Part shown: positions 1 to 9,044 of the stretch, one piece after another
Layout of the letters: each line of letters starts with the position of its first letter
How positions within the stretch are numbered: position 1 is the first letter of the stretch
From: Candidatus Omnitrophota bacterium
GTDB lineage: Bacteria; Omnitrophota; Gorgyraeia; Gygaellales; Profunditerraquicolaceae
Length of the DNA: 52,695 nt
Direction: 5' to 3'
Assembly: GCA_041651115.1 (NCBI GenBank)
Contig: JBAZJY010000003.1
Span: 139,829-192,523, forward strand
Made by a program: the position numbers and the translations under genes
The notes under the pieces: model-generated
What the model saw: the letters and a program-made list of their open reading frames with translations, nothing else
Database searches by the model: none
What the model was told of the DNA's origin: nothing

Positions 1-194
1 AAATTCTCTTTTTATACTCCCTCGAGGTTCGTAAAAATACTCTGGAAGAATATTTTTATCACAAAGTTCTTTACTTTTAAAGAGATCATTTCTGTTTTTC
101 TCGCCGCGCCCCGGCTGATCGCAAGCGCGATCATCAGAGAACAGCGCAAGGGCAGGCTCAAAGATTCCCTGAAACGGACGTTTATTAGCAACCG

Positions 195-1451
195 CTAATT
201 GACGATCTCCGGCACAATCCCTTTTTTTACGTATACCGGGTGCATCTCTCTTTTTAAAAACGGCAATTTTCCGGCAAAGACAGCTGCTCCGATTATGCAG
301 CAGATGCCTCCGGATAATAAAGTACCGGGAGCGCCGATTGTGCCGGCTAGAATGCCGGCTAAAAGCCCGCCAAAAGGCGCCATGCCGATAAAAGACATTG
401 TATAAAAACTCATTACCCTGCCGCGCATGCCTTCATCCACAATAGTCTGTAAGATCGTATTGCTGGCTGCCATCTGCACCATCATTGCAAAGCCGGAAAG
501 ACAAATAACAAACATGGAAAACCAAAGTACGCGTGATTGAGAAAATATTACCAGCCCCAAACCAAAAATTCCGGATGTTAAAGCAATTATCTTGGTCAGG
601 CCGATCACGCTTCTTCTACCTGCCAGATAGATCGCTCCGACAAGCGCGCCGATCCCCGCCATGGCCATAAGAAACCCGAGCGTTTTTGGCCCGCCGTGAA
701 AAATATCTTTGGCAAAAACCGGCATCAATACCTGATAAGGCATTCCGGCCAAGCTGACAAGGCCCAGGAGGATAAGGATGTATTTTATCGGCGTGAAATT
801 AAATGCATAAACAAATCCCTCTTTTAGCCCGCGCAAGACATGGGGATGGATTACCCCTGCCTTTTTCTTCTCGATCCTCATTGCCGACAAAGAAAAGAGC
901 ACGGCAATATAACTGACGGCATTGATCAAAAAACACATGCCTTCGCCAACGGCGGCAATGACGACCCCGGCAATGGATGGCCCGATCAATCGCGCGGCAT
1001 TCACCATTGAAGAATTCAAGGCTATGGCATTGCTTAAATCTTCCCTGTTACCGATCATTTCCACGGTAAAAGCCTGGCGCACCGGCATATCAAAAGAATT
1101 GACCAAACCCAGAAACATGCTTAAGGCAATGATCTGCCAGACTTCTATGCTGCCGGTCAAGACAAGCGCAGATAACACAAATGCCTGCAGCATTGCCAAT
1201 ATCTGGGTAATAAGGAGGATGTTGCGGCGGTTATGCCGGTCAGCGATCACTCCGGCAAAAGGCATCAATATGAGCGCGGGTATCTGGCCGAAGAAAACCA
1301 CTGTGCCAAGCAAAAACGCGGAATTGGTAAGCCGGTACACCAGCCAGCTCATGGCGATCTGCTGCATCCACGTGCCGATCAGAGAAATACTCTGTCCGCC
1401 GAAAAAAAGGCGGTAATTCCTGTGCCGCAGCGCGCGAAAGATATGCGTCAT
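195..1451 (-). CDS. MFS transporter (EntS/MFS_3-like efflux permease)
   Basis: 418-aa ORF with ATG at 1449-1451. Multi-helix hydrophobic protein. N-terminal LRHRNYRLFFGGQ..GTWMQ motif is typical of this MFS subgroup. ATGA stop/start overlap with macB. Confidence 0.8.
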   Translation of the reverse strand: MTHIFRALRHRNYRLFFGGQSISLIGTWMQQIAMSWLVYRLTNSAFLLGTVVFFGQIPALILMPFAGVIADRHNRRNILLITQILAMLQAFVLSALVLTGSIEVWQIIALSMFLGLVNSFDMPVRQAFTVEMIGNREDLSNAIALNSSMVNAARLIGPSIAGVVIAAVGEGMCFLINAVSYIAVLFSLSAMRIEKKKAGVIHPHVLRGLKEGFVYAFNFTPIKYILILLGLVSLAGMPYQVLMPVFAKDIFHGGPKTLGFLMAMAGIGALVGAIYLAGRRSVIGLTKIIALTSGIFGLGLVIFSQSRVLWFSMFVICLSGFAMMVQMAASNTILQTIVDEGMRGRVMSFYTMSFIGMAPFGGLLAGILAGTIGAPGTLLSGGICCIIGAAVFAGKLPFLKREMHPVYVKKGIVPEIVN

Positions 1452-3418
1452 TCGTACCTTAAGGCTTCAATAGGATTAAGCTTGGATGCTTTTTGGGCAG
1501 GCCAGATACCGAAAACTACTCCCACCATCAAAGAAAATACCGTTGCCAGTATTACGGAAAACAAAGATACTTTTATTGACCAACCGGCAAAAATCGTGAT
1601 CAAAATAGCTATGCCGCTGCCTAACAAGATGCCGGCAATGCCGCCGATAAATGACATCAGCACAGCCTCAATCAGGAATTGCGCCATAATATCTTTATTA
1701 TTCGCCCCGATGGCCTTGCGCAGCCCGATCTCGCGCGTGCGCTCGGTAACCGAAACAAGCATGATGTTCATGATCCCGATGCCTCCGACTAACAGCGATA
1801 TGGCGGCAATCGACCCCAATAAAAGCGACATTGTCTTAGTCGTGGCCTCCAGGGTCTTTTTAATCTCGGACATATCGCGGATCTGAAAAGAATCTTCGCT
1901 GTCCTTATTAAGGCGGTGCTGTTTTATGATCGTTTTGGATATTGCATCCTGGGCCGCTTCTATGAGGTCCGGGCTTTTTGCTTCTACAGAGATAGTATCA
2001 ACATACTGTTTTCCGAAAACCCGGTACATCGCCGTAGTCACCGGTATAACTACCACATCATCCTGGTCCCTGAAGCCCCCTGCGCCCTTTGGCGGCAATA
2101 TGCCGATTACTTTAAAATTCAGAAGATTTATTTTTATGCTTTCCCCCACCGGATTATTTTCGCCAAAAAGTTCCTGCGCTACGGTTGTGCCGACCACTGC
2201 AACCTTTTCCCGCATGCGCAGCTCTTCCTCGGTAAAGAACCTGCCGATTGTCGGCTCGGCTGCGCGCATTTTAGCGTATTCCACGCCTACGCCTTCAACC
2301 TGAGTATTCCAATTATTGCCGCCGTATACGAGCTGGCCCCTGCCTGAAACGGAAGCATAAAGCCTGCTTACCACGTCGGTAAGCTTGGCGATTGCCGCTA
2401 CGTCGCTAAAAGTAAAACGGGTAACTGTGCCTGTTTCCATAGCTACTCCGTGCACGCGCGCAGATCCGGGCCTGACAATTAAAAGGTTTGAACCCAAAGA
2501 CACTAATTGTTTAGCAATAGACTCTTTCGCGCCCTGGCCGATCGCAAGCATGGCGATTACCGCGGCAACGCCGATCAATATGCCCAGGATAGACAGGAGC
2601 GAACGCATCTTATGCGAAAGCATGGCAAATGCCGCCTGGCGCAGGTAATCCAGGAACTTAATCCCACCGGAAATCTTATGACGCATTGAAAAAATATCAT
2701 TGAGCCTGCTTTTTCCGTCGCTAGCCGGTTCCGGCATTCCCCCGCTGCCGGGCCGCAGCTGGTCTGAAACTATTTTTCCGTCATGCATGCGGATGATCCT
2801 TCTGGCGGGAGCGGCAATATCTTCTTCGTGAGTAACAATAATAACGGTTTTGCCTTTACGGTTGAGCTCTTTTAATATAGAAAGTATTTCTTCTTTGCTT
2901 TTGGAGTCAAGGTTTCCGGTAGGTTCGTCGGCAAGTATTACCAGCGGGTCATTGACCAGCGAACGGGCGATCGCCACTCTCTGCTGCTGGCCTCCGGACA
3001 TCTCATTAGGCCGGTGCAGCATCCTGTCTTTCAGGCCAACCCCTTCCAACTCCTGCCTCGCCCTTTCTTTTAAGTGCCTTTTACCGGCATAGATCAGCGG
3101 TAACTCGGCATTTTCCAGCGCGGTCATCCTCGGCAGAAGATGGAACTGTTGAAATACAAAACCGGTGATCCGGTTGCGCAGGCCGGCTACTTCCTCATCG
3201 GAGAGCCTTGTGATTTCCTTATCCCCCAAATAATAAGAGCCGGAGTCCGGACGGTCCAGGAGCCCCAAAATATGCATCAGCGTGGATTTACCTGAGCCTG
3301 AAGGCCCCATGATCGCGATGAATTCCCCGGAAGAAACTTTCAGAGAAACATCACAAAGGGCCTTGACCTCTACCTTGCCCATCTGATAAGTTTTTGATAC
3401 GTTCTTTATCTCTATCAT
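1448..3418 (-). CDS. macB: MacB-type ABC transporter, fused ATPase and permease
   Basis: 656 aa. Walker A GPSGSGKST, signature MSGGQQQRVAIAR, Walker B ILADEPTGNLD. Followed by a MacB periplasmic domain and a C-terminal FtsX-type 4-TM permease. Confidence 0.9.
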   Translation of the reverse strand: MIEIKNVSKTYQMGKVEVKALCDVSLKVSSGEFIAIMGPSGSGKSTLMHILGLLDRPDSGSYYLGDKEITRLSDEEVAGLRNRITGFVFQQFHLLPRMTALENAELPLIYAGKRHLKERARQELEGVGLKDRMLHRPNEMSGGQQQRVAIARSLVNDPLVILADEPTGNLDSKSKEEILSILKELNRKGKTVIIVTHEEDIAAPARRIIRMHDGKIVSDQLRPGSGGMPEPASDGKSRLNDIFSMRHKISGGIKFLDYLRQAAFAMLSHKMRSLLSILGILIGVAAVIAMLAIGQGAKESIAKQLVSLGSNLLIVRPGSARVHGVAMETGTVTRFTFSDVAAIAKLTDVVSRLYASVSGRGQLVYGGNNWNTQVEGVGVEYAKMRAAEPTIGRFFTEEELRMREKVAVVGTTVAQELFGENNPVGESIKINLLNFKVIGILPPKGAGGFRDQDDVVVIPVTTAMYRVFGKQYVDTISVEAKSPDLIEAAQDAISKTIIKQHRLNKDSEDSFQIRDMSEIKKTLEATTKTMSLLLGSIAAISLLVGGIGIMNIMLVSVTERTREIGLRKAIGANNKDIMAQFLIEAVLMSFIGGIAGILLGSGIAILITIFAGWSIKVSLFSVILATVFSLMVGVVFGIWPAQKASKLNPIEALRYE

Positions 3419-3424
3419 TCGTGA

Positions 3425-4396
3425 CTATTTGCGCTGTGTCGCGCTTGGCCTGCGGGACGGCATGAACGGGTTCTTGCCGGTATCGCTTTTGGGCAAGACG
3501 AATTTTTCAGTCTTCATGATTATCTTATCATTTATCCCGAGCCCGGAAACAATCTCTATGTTCTTATCGTCGGAAACGCCCAACACGACAGTACGCCTGG
3601 CCGGCTCGTTTGCGGCGTTATTCTTGACCATGACATAATCTCCGTCTTTATCCTCATGCACTGCCTCAAGCGGCACAAGTATGGCGTTGTCTTTGCTGTC
3701 AATGATGAAATTTACGGTCGCGTTCATCCCGGAGCGGAAAAACAGCGGCACTTCCTCAGGCACAAGATCGACTTTATAAACCGTAACGTTATTTACGGTT
3801 TCGGATTCGTAATAAATATGTTCCACCTTTGCCTTGATCTTGTTATCGGCGTAGGCATCAAGGCTGACGACCGCGTCCTGGTTAAGCCTTACCTTGCCGA
3901 TATCGGTTTCATCCACTTGCGCGCGCACGATCAGATGGTCGGAAAGCACAAGCACCGCTTCGCTGGTAGTTACAGTCTGGCCCGGCTGCACCGTCGCCAC
4001 AATAATTTCTCCGTCGATCGGCGCCAGCAGCGGTATCGGCTTATAAGTTTGTTCCCAATATTTCAATTTATCCGGCCCCTGGCCTTCGGCAGCATCCAGG
4101 ATTGCCGCCCTTTCCGTAGAACTCATCCAGGCCAGGACCTGGCCGTCTTTTACCATCTCGCCTTCCTTGACCAGAACGCTTTCTACTCGGCCGTTAACCG
4201 GCGGAGTAATTTCCAGCCGGTTCTTCGGTAGGACCGTACCGGTTGTTGAAACGGTGGTCTCAATATGGCCGATAGTCGGGGTAATTTCCTGCGCCTGTTC
4301 ATCAGAAGTAGCCTTTGGCCTCATCTTTATCGCGGCAAACGCGATAATTGCCAGGATAACCGGAACGAGCAAAATTAATTTTGTCTTTTTATTCAT
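3425..4396 (-). CDS. macA: Periplasmic adaptor subunit (HlyD/MacA family)
   Basis: 323 aa. N-terminal membrane anchor LILLVPVILAIIAFAAI and a lipoyl/beta-barrel adaptor-like sequence. Lies between the tolC-like gene (8-nt overlap) and macB (6-nt gap). Confidence 0.75.
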   Translation of the reverse strand: MNKKTKLILLVPVILAIIAFAAIKMRPKATSDEQAQEITPTIGHIETTVSTTGTVLPKNRLEITPPVNGRVESVLVKEGEMVKDGQVLAWMSSTERAAILDAAEGQGPDKLKYWEQTYKPIPLLAPIDGEIIVATVQPGQTVTTSEAVLVLSDHLIVRAQVDETDIGKVRLNQDAVVSLDAYADNKIKAKVEHIYYESETVNNVTVYKVDLVPEEVPLFFRSGMNATVNFIIDSKDNAILVPLEAVHEDKDGDYVMVKNNAANEPARRTVVLGVSDDKNIEIVSGLGINDKIIMKTEKFVLPKSDTGKNPFMPSRRPSATQRK

Positions 4397-5666
4397 ATTC
4401 TAATGTTTCTCCTTTCGCCTGGATCCATGCAGCCTCTGCCAGCAAGGCATTGGCTTGGGCATTTAAAAATGCGCTCTTGGCACTGACAAGATTATCTTCA
4501 ATGATTGTCCAGTTATCAAAACTGATAAAACCGATAGAGTATTGCGCCTGGGCAATATTGGAACGTTCCTGCGCGGCAACCAGGGTTTTTCTTTGCACTT
4601 CGACATTCTCTATAGCATCCTGCAGTTCTGCCCAAGTCTGCTCTAATGTCAGGATTAACCCGTCTTTGGTACTTCTTTCATTTTCCCGTAATTGGTTTAA
4701 TAGCGCCCTTGCCTGGGCTACCTGGGCTAGCCTTAACCCGCCCTCAAAAACCGGCATAGACATAGTAAGACCGAGGTTCCATTGGTCGTTTTTCGGTGAC
4801 CAGTGGCTGCCGGCTTTACTTGCGCCTGCTGAACCGGAAAGCGTAGGAGAAAAATTGGCATATGCAGAACGTAAACTGAATTGCGCCGCGTTCTTCTGGG
4901 CAACCAACTGCTGCAAGGAAGGATTATTTTTAACCAAGGCCTCAAAATCCGGCTTATCTTTCACAATGTTACTTACTTTAAAATCTCCCTTAGCCTCTAA
5001 GGGCACGAGTTCCTTACGGCCCATTTCTTTTGTCAGATTACGCTGGGCAACTTCCAAGTCTCTTCTGTTCTGGGAAATCCCGTATTTTGCGCTGGCCAGG
5101 TCAGCTTCCGCGGTAAGCAGCGCGCCTTTATGTTCCAGGCCGGATTCATACCTCAAAGTAATCAATTCCAGGTTGCCCCTGCGGATATCATAGATATCTT
5201 CGGTGATGCGCAACAATTCCTGCGCCCTTAACAGATCAATAAAAGCTGTGCGCAGCCGGAAACGTACTGCAGAAGAAGTAAACCTGAAGTTTTCCTTTGA
5301 TGCGGCGATGTTCTCTGAAGCGGCTCTTACGTCCTGGATGGTCTTGGTGCCGTCAAAGATCAACTGCGTACCGCTCAGGCCATAACCATAGCTGTCCGCG
5401 TTAGAATTGGTTACGCCGTTATCAGTCCTTGCCGTGGAAGCGGTTACGCTGGCATCTACTTGCGGATAAAGGCCGCTGGCAGTGATAGTTTTACCTGCCT
5501 GCGACTGTTTTACTTCTTCTTCTGCCGCGATCAGATCAGGATGGTTCTTTGCCGCTTCCCTTATGCAGTCCTGCCAGGAAAGCGTTTCAACGGCAAAGGC
5601 CTCTGCCTGAAAAAATATAAAGGATGAAATTAAGACTATAACGATATACAGCCGGTTAAAAGACAT
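4389..5666 (-). CDS. TolC-family outer membrane efflux protein
   Basis: Two-repeat OEP-like sequence. The internal ATG at 5664-5666 gives a signal peptide MSFNRLYIVIVLISSFIFFQAEAFA. The ORF-track extension to 5795 starts at TTG and overlaps the upstream abrB-like gene, so I trimmed it. Confidence 0.8.
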   Translation of the reverse strand: MSFNRLYIVIVLISSFIFFQAEAFAVETLSWQDCIREAAKNHPDLIAAEEEVKQSQAGKTITASGLYPQVDASVTASTARTDNGVTNSNADSYGYGLSGTQLIFDGTKTIQDVRAASENIAASKENFRFTSSAVRFRLRTAFIDLLRAQELLRITEDIYDIRRGNLELITLRYESGLEHKGALLTAEADLASAKYGISQNRRDLEVAQRNLTKEMGRKELVPLEAKGDFKVSNIVKDKPDFEALVKNNPSLQQLVAQKNAAQFSLRSAYANFSPTLSGSAGASKAGSHWSPKNDQWNLGLTMSMPVFEGGLRLAQVAQARALLNQLRENERSTKDGLILTLEQTWAELQDAIENVEVQRKTLVAAQERSNIAQAQYSIGFISFDNWTIIEDNLVSAKSAFLNAQANALLAEAAWIQAKGETLEYE

Positions 5667-5670
5667 AAAG

Positions 5671-5913
5671 TTAGGCCCTTTGGGAAGTTTTACCTTTAAG
5701 CTTAGAGAATAATTTTGCCGCTTCGCCGAGGAACTGATTAAAATTTTCCGCAGGAATAAAGCTGAACATCTCCATGCCGGGTTTTCCCAGGACAACCAGC
5801 TTATCCCCTGATTTGATCTTAAAAGATTTCCTTACGTCCGCGGGGATAACCACCTGCCCCCTCTCTCCTACGGTAACCGAACCGAAAAACTTGCCTTCTC
5901 CAAGGTTTTTCAT
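5671..5913 (-). CDS. AbrB/MazE/SpoVT-family DNA-binding protein
   Basis: 80 aa. Swapped-hairpin motif GERGQVVIPADVRKSFKIKSGDKLVV. Good RBS (GAGAGGAGA) upstream. Its stop is 4 nt before the tolC-like ATG, so it is the first gene of the efflux operon. Confidence 0.75.
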   Translation of the reverse strand: MKNLGEGKFFGSVTVGERGQVVIPADVRKSFKIKSGDKLVVLGKPGMEMFSFIPAENFNQFLGEAAKLFSKLKGKTSQRA

Positions 5914-5944
5914 CTGTATCTCCTCTCGCTAATCAGGCTATCTT

Positions 5945-5970
5945 GAATATGAATAGTATGAATAGTATGA
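5945..5970 (-). repeat. Tandem 9-bp repeats (gaatagtat x2 plus partial copies) overlapping the -10 and start region of the abrB-like promoter
   Basis: Plus-strand text is gaatat gaatagtat gaatagtat ga. Full copies lie at 5951-5959 and 5960-5968. Confidence 0.7.
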
Positions 5971-5995
5971 TATATCAAATAAATCTGAATGTCAA
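5967..5995 (-). promoter_or_regulatory. Sigma70-type promoter of the abrB-tolC-macAB-MFS operon
   Basis: On the minus strand: TTGACA (5990-5995), a 17-nt spacer, then TATCAT (5967-5972). This sits about 55 nt upstream of the abrB-like ATG. Confidence 0.5.
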
Positions 5996-6010
5996 GGGGA
6001 AAAGGAGATT

Positions 6011-6050
6011 AAAAAGTAGTCTCTGTCCCTACTTTTTTGTCCCTACTTTT
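6011..6050 (-). terminator. Possible A/U-rich terminator hairpin and 12-nt direct repeat after the helicase gene
   Basis: Inverted repeat aaaaagtag (6011-6019) / ctacttttt (6029-6037). Direct repeat gtccctactttt at 6025-6036 and 6039-6050. The stem is weak and AT-rich. Confidence 0.3.
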
Positions 6051-7321
6051 TAACGGCGGAAATTGGATTGTTTACGGAATTTGTTGTGATTCTGTCCGGT
6101 GCCGGACCTTGGCTTATTGCCATATTGCCGCTTCGGAGGCTGCTGCGCAAATTCGCTGAATTCTTCCGGAGGGACCTGCGGATGTTTTGAAACCGGCAGC
6201 GATGCCCGGATAAGCTTTTCAATCTCCTGCACATCCCTTTTTTGGTCCGGCGTAGCAAAAGAGATAGCATGGCCCTTATGCCCGGCCCTGGCCGTGCGGC
6301 CGATACGATGCACGTAATTCTGCGCGTCTTCGGGAAGGTCATAATTAAGCACTAATTCTATGCCGGACACGTCAATGCCGCGCGCGGCAATGTCCGTAGC
6401 AACCAGCACCCGGTATTTACCGGACTTAAATCCTTCCAGGGCTTCGCGGCGCTGCAACAAAGAGCGATTAGAATGGATTTCTGCTGCCCGATGTCCCATC
6501 TCGTGGATAGCCCGCGTCAATTTCCTCGCATTGTATTTCGTGCGCGAAAACAAAAGCACCGTACCCTGGTATTGCGCCAAGAGCTTACCGAGCAGCCGCA
6601 GTTTAGCGTCTTTTTTAACAATGAATAACTCCTGGGTTACGCGTTCAGCAGTTGTCCCGGAAGGCGCGATCTCTACGCTTACCGGCAGTTTCATGTATTT
6701 GGCGGCAATTGCCATGATCTCTTTTGGCATAGTCGCGGAAAAAAGCATGGTCTGCCTTTCCTTCGGCATAAAACGCAGGATCTTCTCTATCTGCGGGGCA
6801 AACCCCATATCAAGCATACGGTCTGCTTCATCAAGCACGAGCATGACCACTTCATCCGGGATAACATTCCATTGACCCATATGATCCAGTAATCTTCCGG
6901 GAGTGGCAATCACCACGCGCGGGCTCTTACGCAAAGCAATGATCTGATCATTCATCGGCGCGCCGCCGATCAGGCAGGCTGTGCGCATGCCAAAGGGATG
7001 GGCAATACCCTGAACTGCCTCATCAATCTGGATCGCCAGTTCGCGCGTCGGAGCAAGGACTAAACCGATCCCCTTTTTCTGCGCCAGGCGTTGCACCATG
7101 GGAATGGCAAAAGAATGGGTCTTACCGGTACCTGTCTGGGCAATACCGACAACATCCTTACCTTCAATAGCCATAGGAATAGCTTTGATTTGTATCGGAG
7201 TGGGGACTTTGAATTTTATGCGCTCAAGGATCTCAAGTATCCCCGGGGCAATACCAAGGCCGAAAAAACCCTGACTGGGCTGCTGCGCTGGATTATTGGA
7301 ATTAATCGCTCTGTGTGGCAT
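6050..7321 (-). CDS. DEAD-box ATP-dependent RNA helicase (RhlE-like)
   Basis: 423 aa. Motifs AQTGTGKT, PTRELA, DEAD, SAT and HRIGRTARAG, with a basic C-terminal tail. Confidence 0.9.
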   Translation of the reverse strand: MPHRAINSNNPAQQPSQGFFGLGIAPGILEILERIKFKVPTPIQIKAIPMAIEGKDVVGIAQTGTGKTHSFAIPMVQRLAQKKGIGLVLAPTRELAIQIDEAVQGIAHPFGMRTACLIGGAPMNDQIIALRKSPRVVIATPGRLLDHMGQWNVIPDEVVMLVLDEADRMLDMGFAPQIEKILRFMPKERQTMLFSATMPKEIMAIAAKYMKLPVSVEIAPSGTTAERVTQELFIVKKDAKLRLLGKLLAQYQGTVLLFSRTKYNARKLTRAIHEMGHRAAEIHSNRSLLQRREALEGFKSGKYRVLVATDIAARGIDVSGIELVLNYDLPEDAQNYVHRIGRTARAGHKGHAISFATPDQKRDVQEIEKLIRASLPVSKHPQVPPEEFSEFAQQPPKRQYGNKPRSGTGQNHNKFRKQSNFRR

Positions 7322-7339
7322 ATTTTTTATCCTTTATGG

Positions 7340-8971
7340 TTATGCGGCGATTTTTTCAGCAATAGGTAAACTTACCGTAAACACCGCTCCTTCTCCAAGC
7401 GTGCTTTCTACGCTGATATCGCCGCTATGCTGTTTAACGATATTGTATATAATAGACAGACCCAAGCCCGTGCCTTCGCCTGTCGGTTTAGTGGTAAAAA
7501 ACGGGTCGAATAGCTTCTTTAAATGCTCCGGAGAAATGCCTATCCCGGTATCCGCAACCGAGATCAATACGCGTTTTTCTGAAGGATCAAGGCTTGCGCG
7601 GATAGTAATTACGCCGTGGCCGTCATGCGCAGGCTTTTTTTCTATCGCCCACCTGGCATTATTGATAAGATCAAAGATTACCTGCTGTAAAAGTTGCGGC
7701 TCTCCAAATACCTTCGGCAGCCCGGCTTGAATTTCAGTCTTCAGGTTGATCTCCTGCAGTTTCATTTCATAAGAAATGATGGCCATTACCTTCCTGATCA
7801 ACTCGTCAACCGGAACAGGAATGAATTTGCCGGTGGCAGAGCGGGAAAAACCAAGGAGAGAATCGGTAATGCTTTTGCACCTTAAGGCAGACTCTTCAAC
7901 AACATCCAAGATGTGCATAAAGTTTTCAAAGCTAAAATCTTTTTTGATCACTGCTTCCATCTTTATTAACTGAACATTATTTAATATGCCGGTTAAAGGA
8001 TTATTGATCTCGTGGGCAATACCTCCGGCAAGCTGGCCTACGGAAGCCATCTTAGTCGACTGTATCAGCTGGTATTGCGTTACCTTAAGCTCATCGTAAG
8101 CATTGCGCAATTCCCTGGTCCGCTCCTGGATCCGCGCCTCTAAATCATTGTTGACTCTCTGCAGCGCATCTTCCGCGCACTTACGCTCGCAAACCTCTTT
8201 CTGGAGCTTTTCCATTGTTTCCCGGCTAAAGATCCTCAACACTCCGCATATCGACCAGGCAATAATTATTGCGCAAATACTGCGGAACGCCTGGACCGGA
8301 ACATGCATTAACGAAAAGAAAGAATCCGTATTAAGCAGGTTAGCGGGGAAAAAATCCGCCCTGGGGACCACCAATCCCCCCAAAATCCCATAAGTAAAAA
8401 AAGCTAAGCTCGCCCCGAAAAAATATTTCTTTACCTTAAGCGGCGCCAGCTCTTCTTCTTTACATTTATAATATGCTATAAGACTAAAACCGATCAAAAA
8501 GCAACCCGGAAAACCCAGAAGATACCTTGAAAAAATAGTCCCCATCCTCCAGAAATCGCCGGAGTTAATAAAACTAAGGGTTAAAATAACAAACGAGATG
8601 ATTAGGGTCAACCACCAGCCGAATGCCCTGGCGGTCTTCTCAAAATATCTCTGGCCGCAGATGCGGAAAAGCCGCCTGCTGAATTCAAATAAAAACAGGT
8701 AAGAAATTATCAGAATGAAGCTGCGGACAAGATCAAAAACAGGATTCTTGCCCTTGATTATCGCCCACATATCCAAAAACTCATTTACCCCGTGGATCAA
8801 GCCGAATCCCGCTAAAAGCCATAAAATTTCAGCAAGCTTGAATTTGCTTCCTTTTTTGGGCTGCGCAAAGACAGCAATGCCCATTCCTACAAAAGCTAAG
8901 CCATAGATGAAAAAAATGATATCCAGGTTGGACTGCGACCACTGCGCGATCAAATCAAGGGTTAGACCCAC
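7340..8971 (-). CDS. Sensor histidine kinase with a multi-pass membrane N-terminal domain
   Basis: 543 aa with a GTG start. About 7-8 hydrophobic helices, then a coiled coil. H-box GGIAHEINNPL, G1 DTGIGI, G2 GTGLGL. Confidence 0.85.
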   Translation of the reverse strand: MGLTLDLIAQWSQSNLDIIFFIYGLAFVGMGIAVFAQPKKGSKFKLAEILWLLAGFGLIHGVNEFLDMWAIIKGKNPVFDLVRSFILIISYLFLFEFSRRLFRICGQRYFEKTARAFGWWLTLIISFVILTLSFINSGDFWRMGTIFSRYLLGFPGCFLIGFSLIAYYKCKEEELAPLKVKKYFFGASLAFFTYGILGGLVVPRADFFPANLLNTDSFFSLMHVPVQAFRSICAIIIAWSICGVLRIFSRETMEKLQKEVCERKCAEDALQRVNNDLEARIQERTRELRNAYDELKVTQYQLIQSTKMASVGQLAGGIAHEINNPLTGILNNVQLIKMEAVIKKDFSFENFMHILDVVEESALRCKSITDSLLGFSRSATGKFIPVPVDELIRKVMAIISYEMKLQEINLKTEIQAGLPKVFGEPQLLQQVIFDLINNARWAIEKKPAHDGHGVITIRASLDPSEKRVLISVADTGIGISPEHLKKLFDPFFTTKPTGEGTGLGLSIIYNIVKQHSGDISVESTLGEGAVFTVSLPIAEKIAA

Positions 8972-9044
8972 TTTTGGCTCCTCTTTCCTTTAATTCTATT
9001 CTACTTGCTTGCTTCTAATAACGCAAGCAAAATATGCCTTCAGC

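Noticed and set aside
1-198. Frames open to the window edge on both strands. The plus-strand frame ends at TAA 196-198. The codon-register antisense frame on the minus strand reads ..FEPALALFSDDRACDQPGRGEK...
   Set aside because: The minus frame has no ATG, GTG or TTG downstream of the MFS stop. The plus frame would be the only plus-strand gene and its peptide is F/K/I-rich with no motif. I cannot decide from 198 nt, so I make no call.
4381-5193. Long plus-strand ORFs in the track. Examples are 4381-5193 (270 aa), 1233-1886, 12805-13350, 45315-45833 and 48518-49165.
   Set aside because: Each lies fully antisense to a minus-strand gene with clear family motifs. Their translations are low-complexity (Ser/Leu/Ala/Arg-rich) with no recognisable domains. 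I treat them as shadow ORFs.
5667-5795. 5' extension of the tolC-like ORF (TTG at 5795).
   Set aside because: It overlaps the abrB-like gene by 125 nt and adds a non-signal-peptide N-terminus. The internal ATG at 5666 yields a typical signal peptide.
6043-6342. 99-aa minus-strand track ORF overlapping the 3' end of the helicase gene in another frame.
   Set aside because: It lies entirely inside the DEAD-box helicase CDS. It is Arg/Ser-rich and low-complexity, so I treat it as a frame artefact.
9005-9030. Perfect 8-bp hairpin TTGCTTGC-N10-GCAAGCAA between the MATE gene and the histidine kinase gene.
   Set aside because: The stem-loop is real, but no U-run follows it on the transcribed (minus) strand. 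I do not call it an intrinsic terminator. It may overlap a weak promoter (TTGCGT-N17-TAGAAT).
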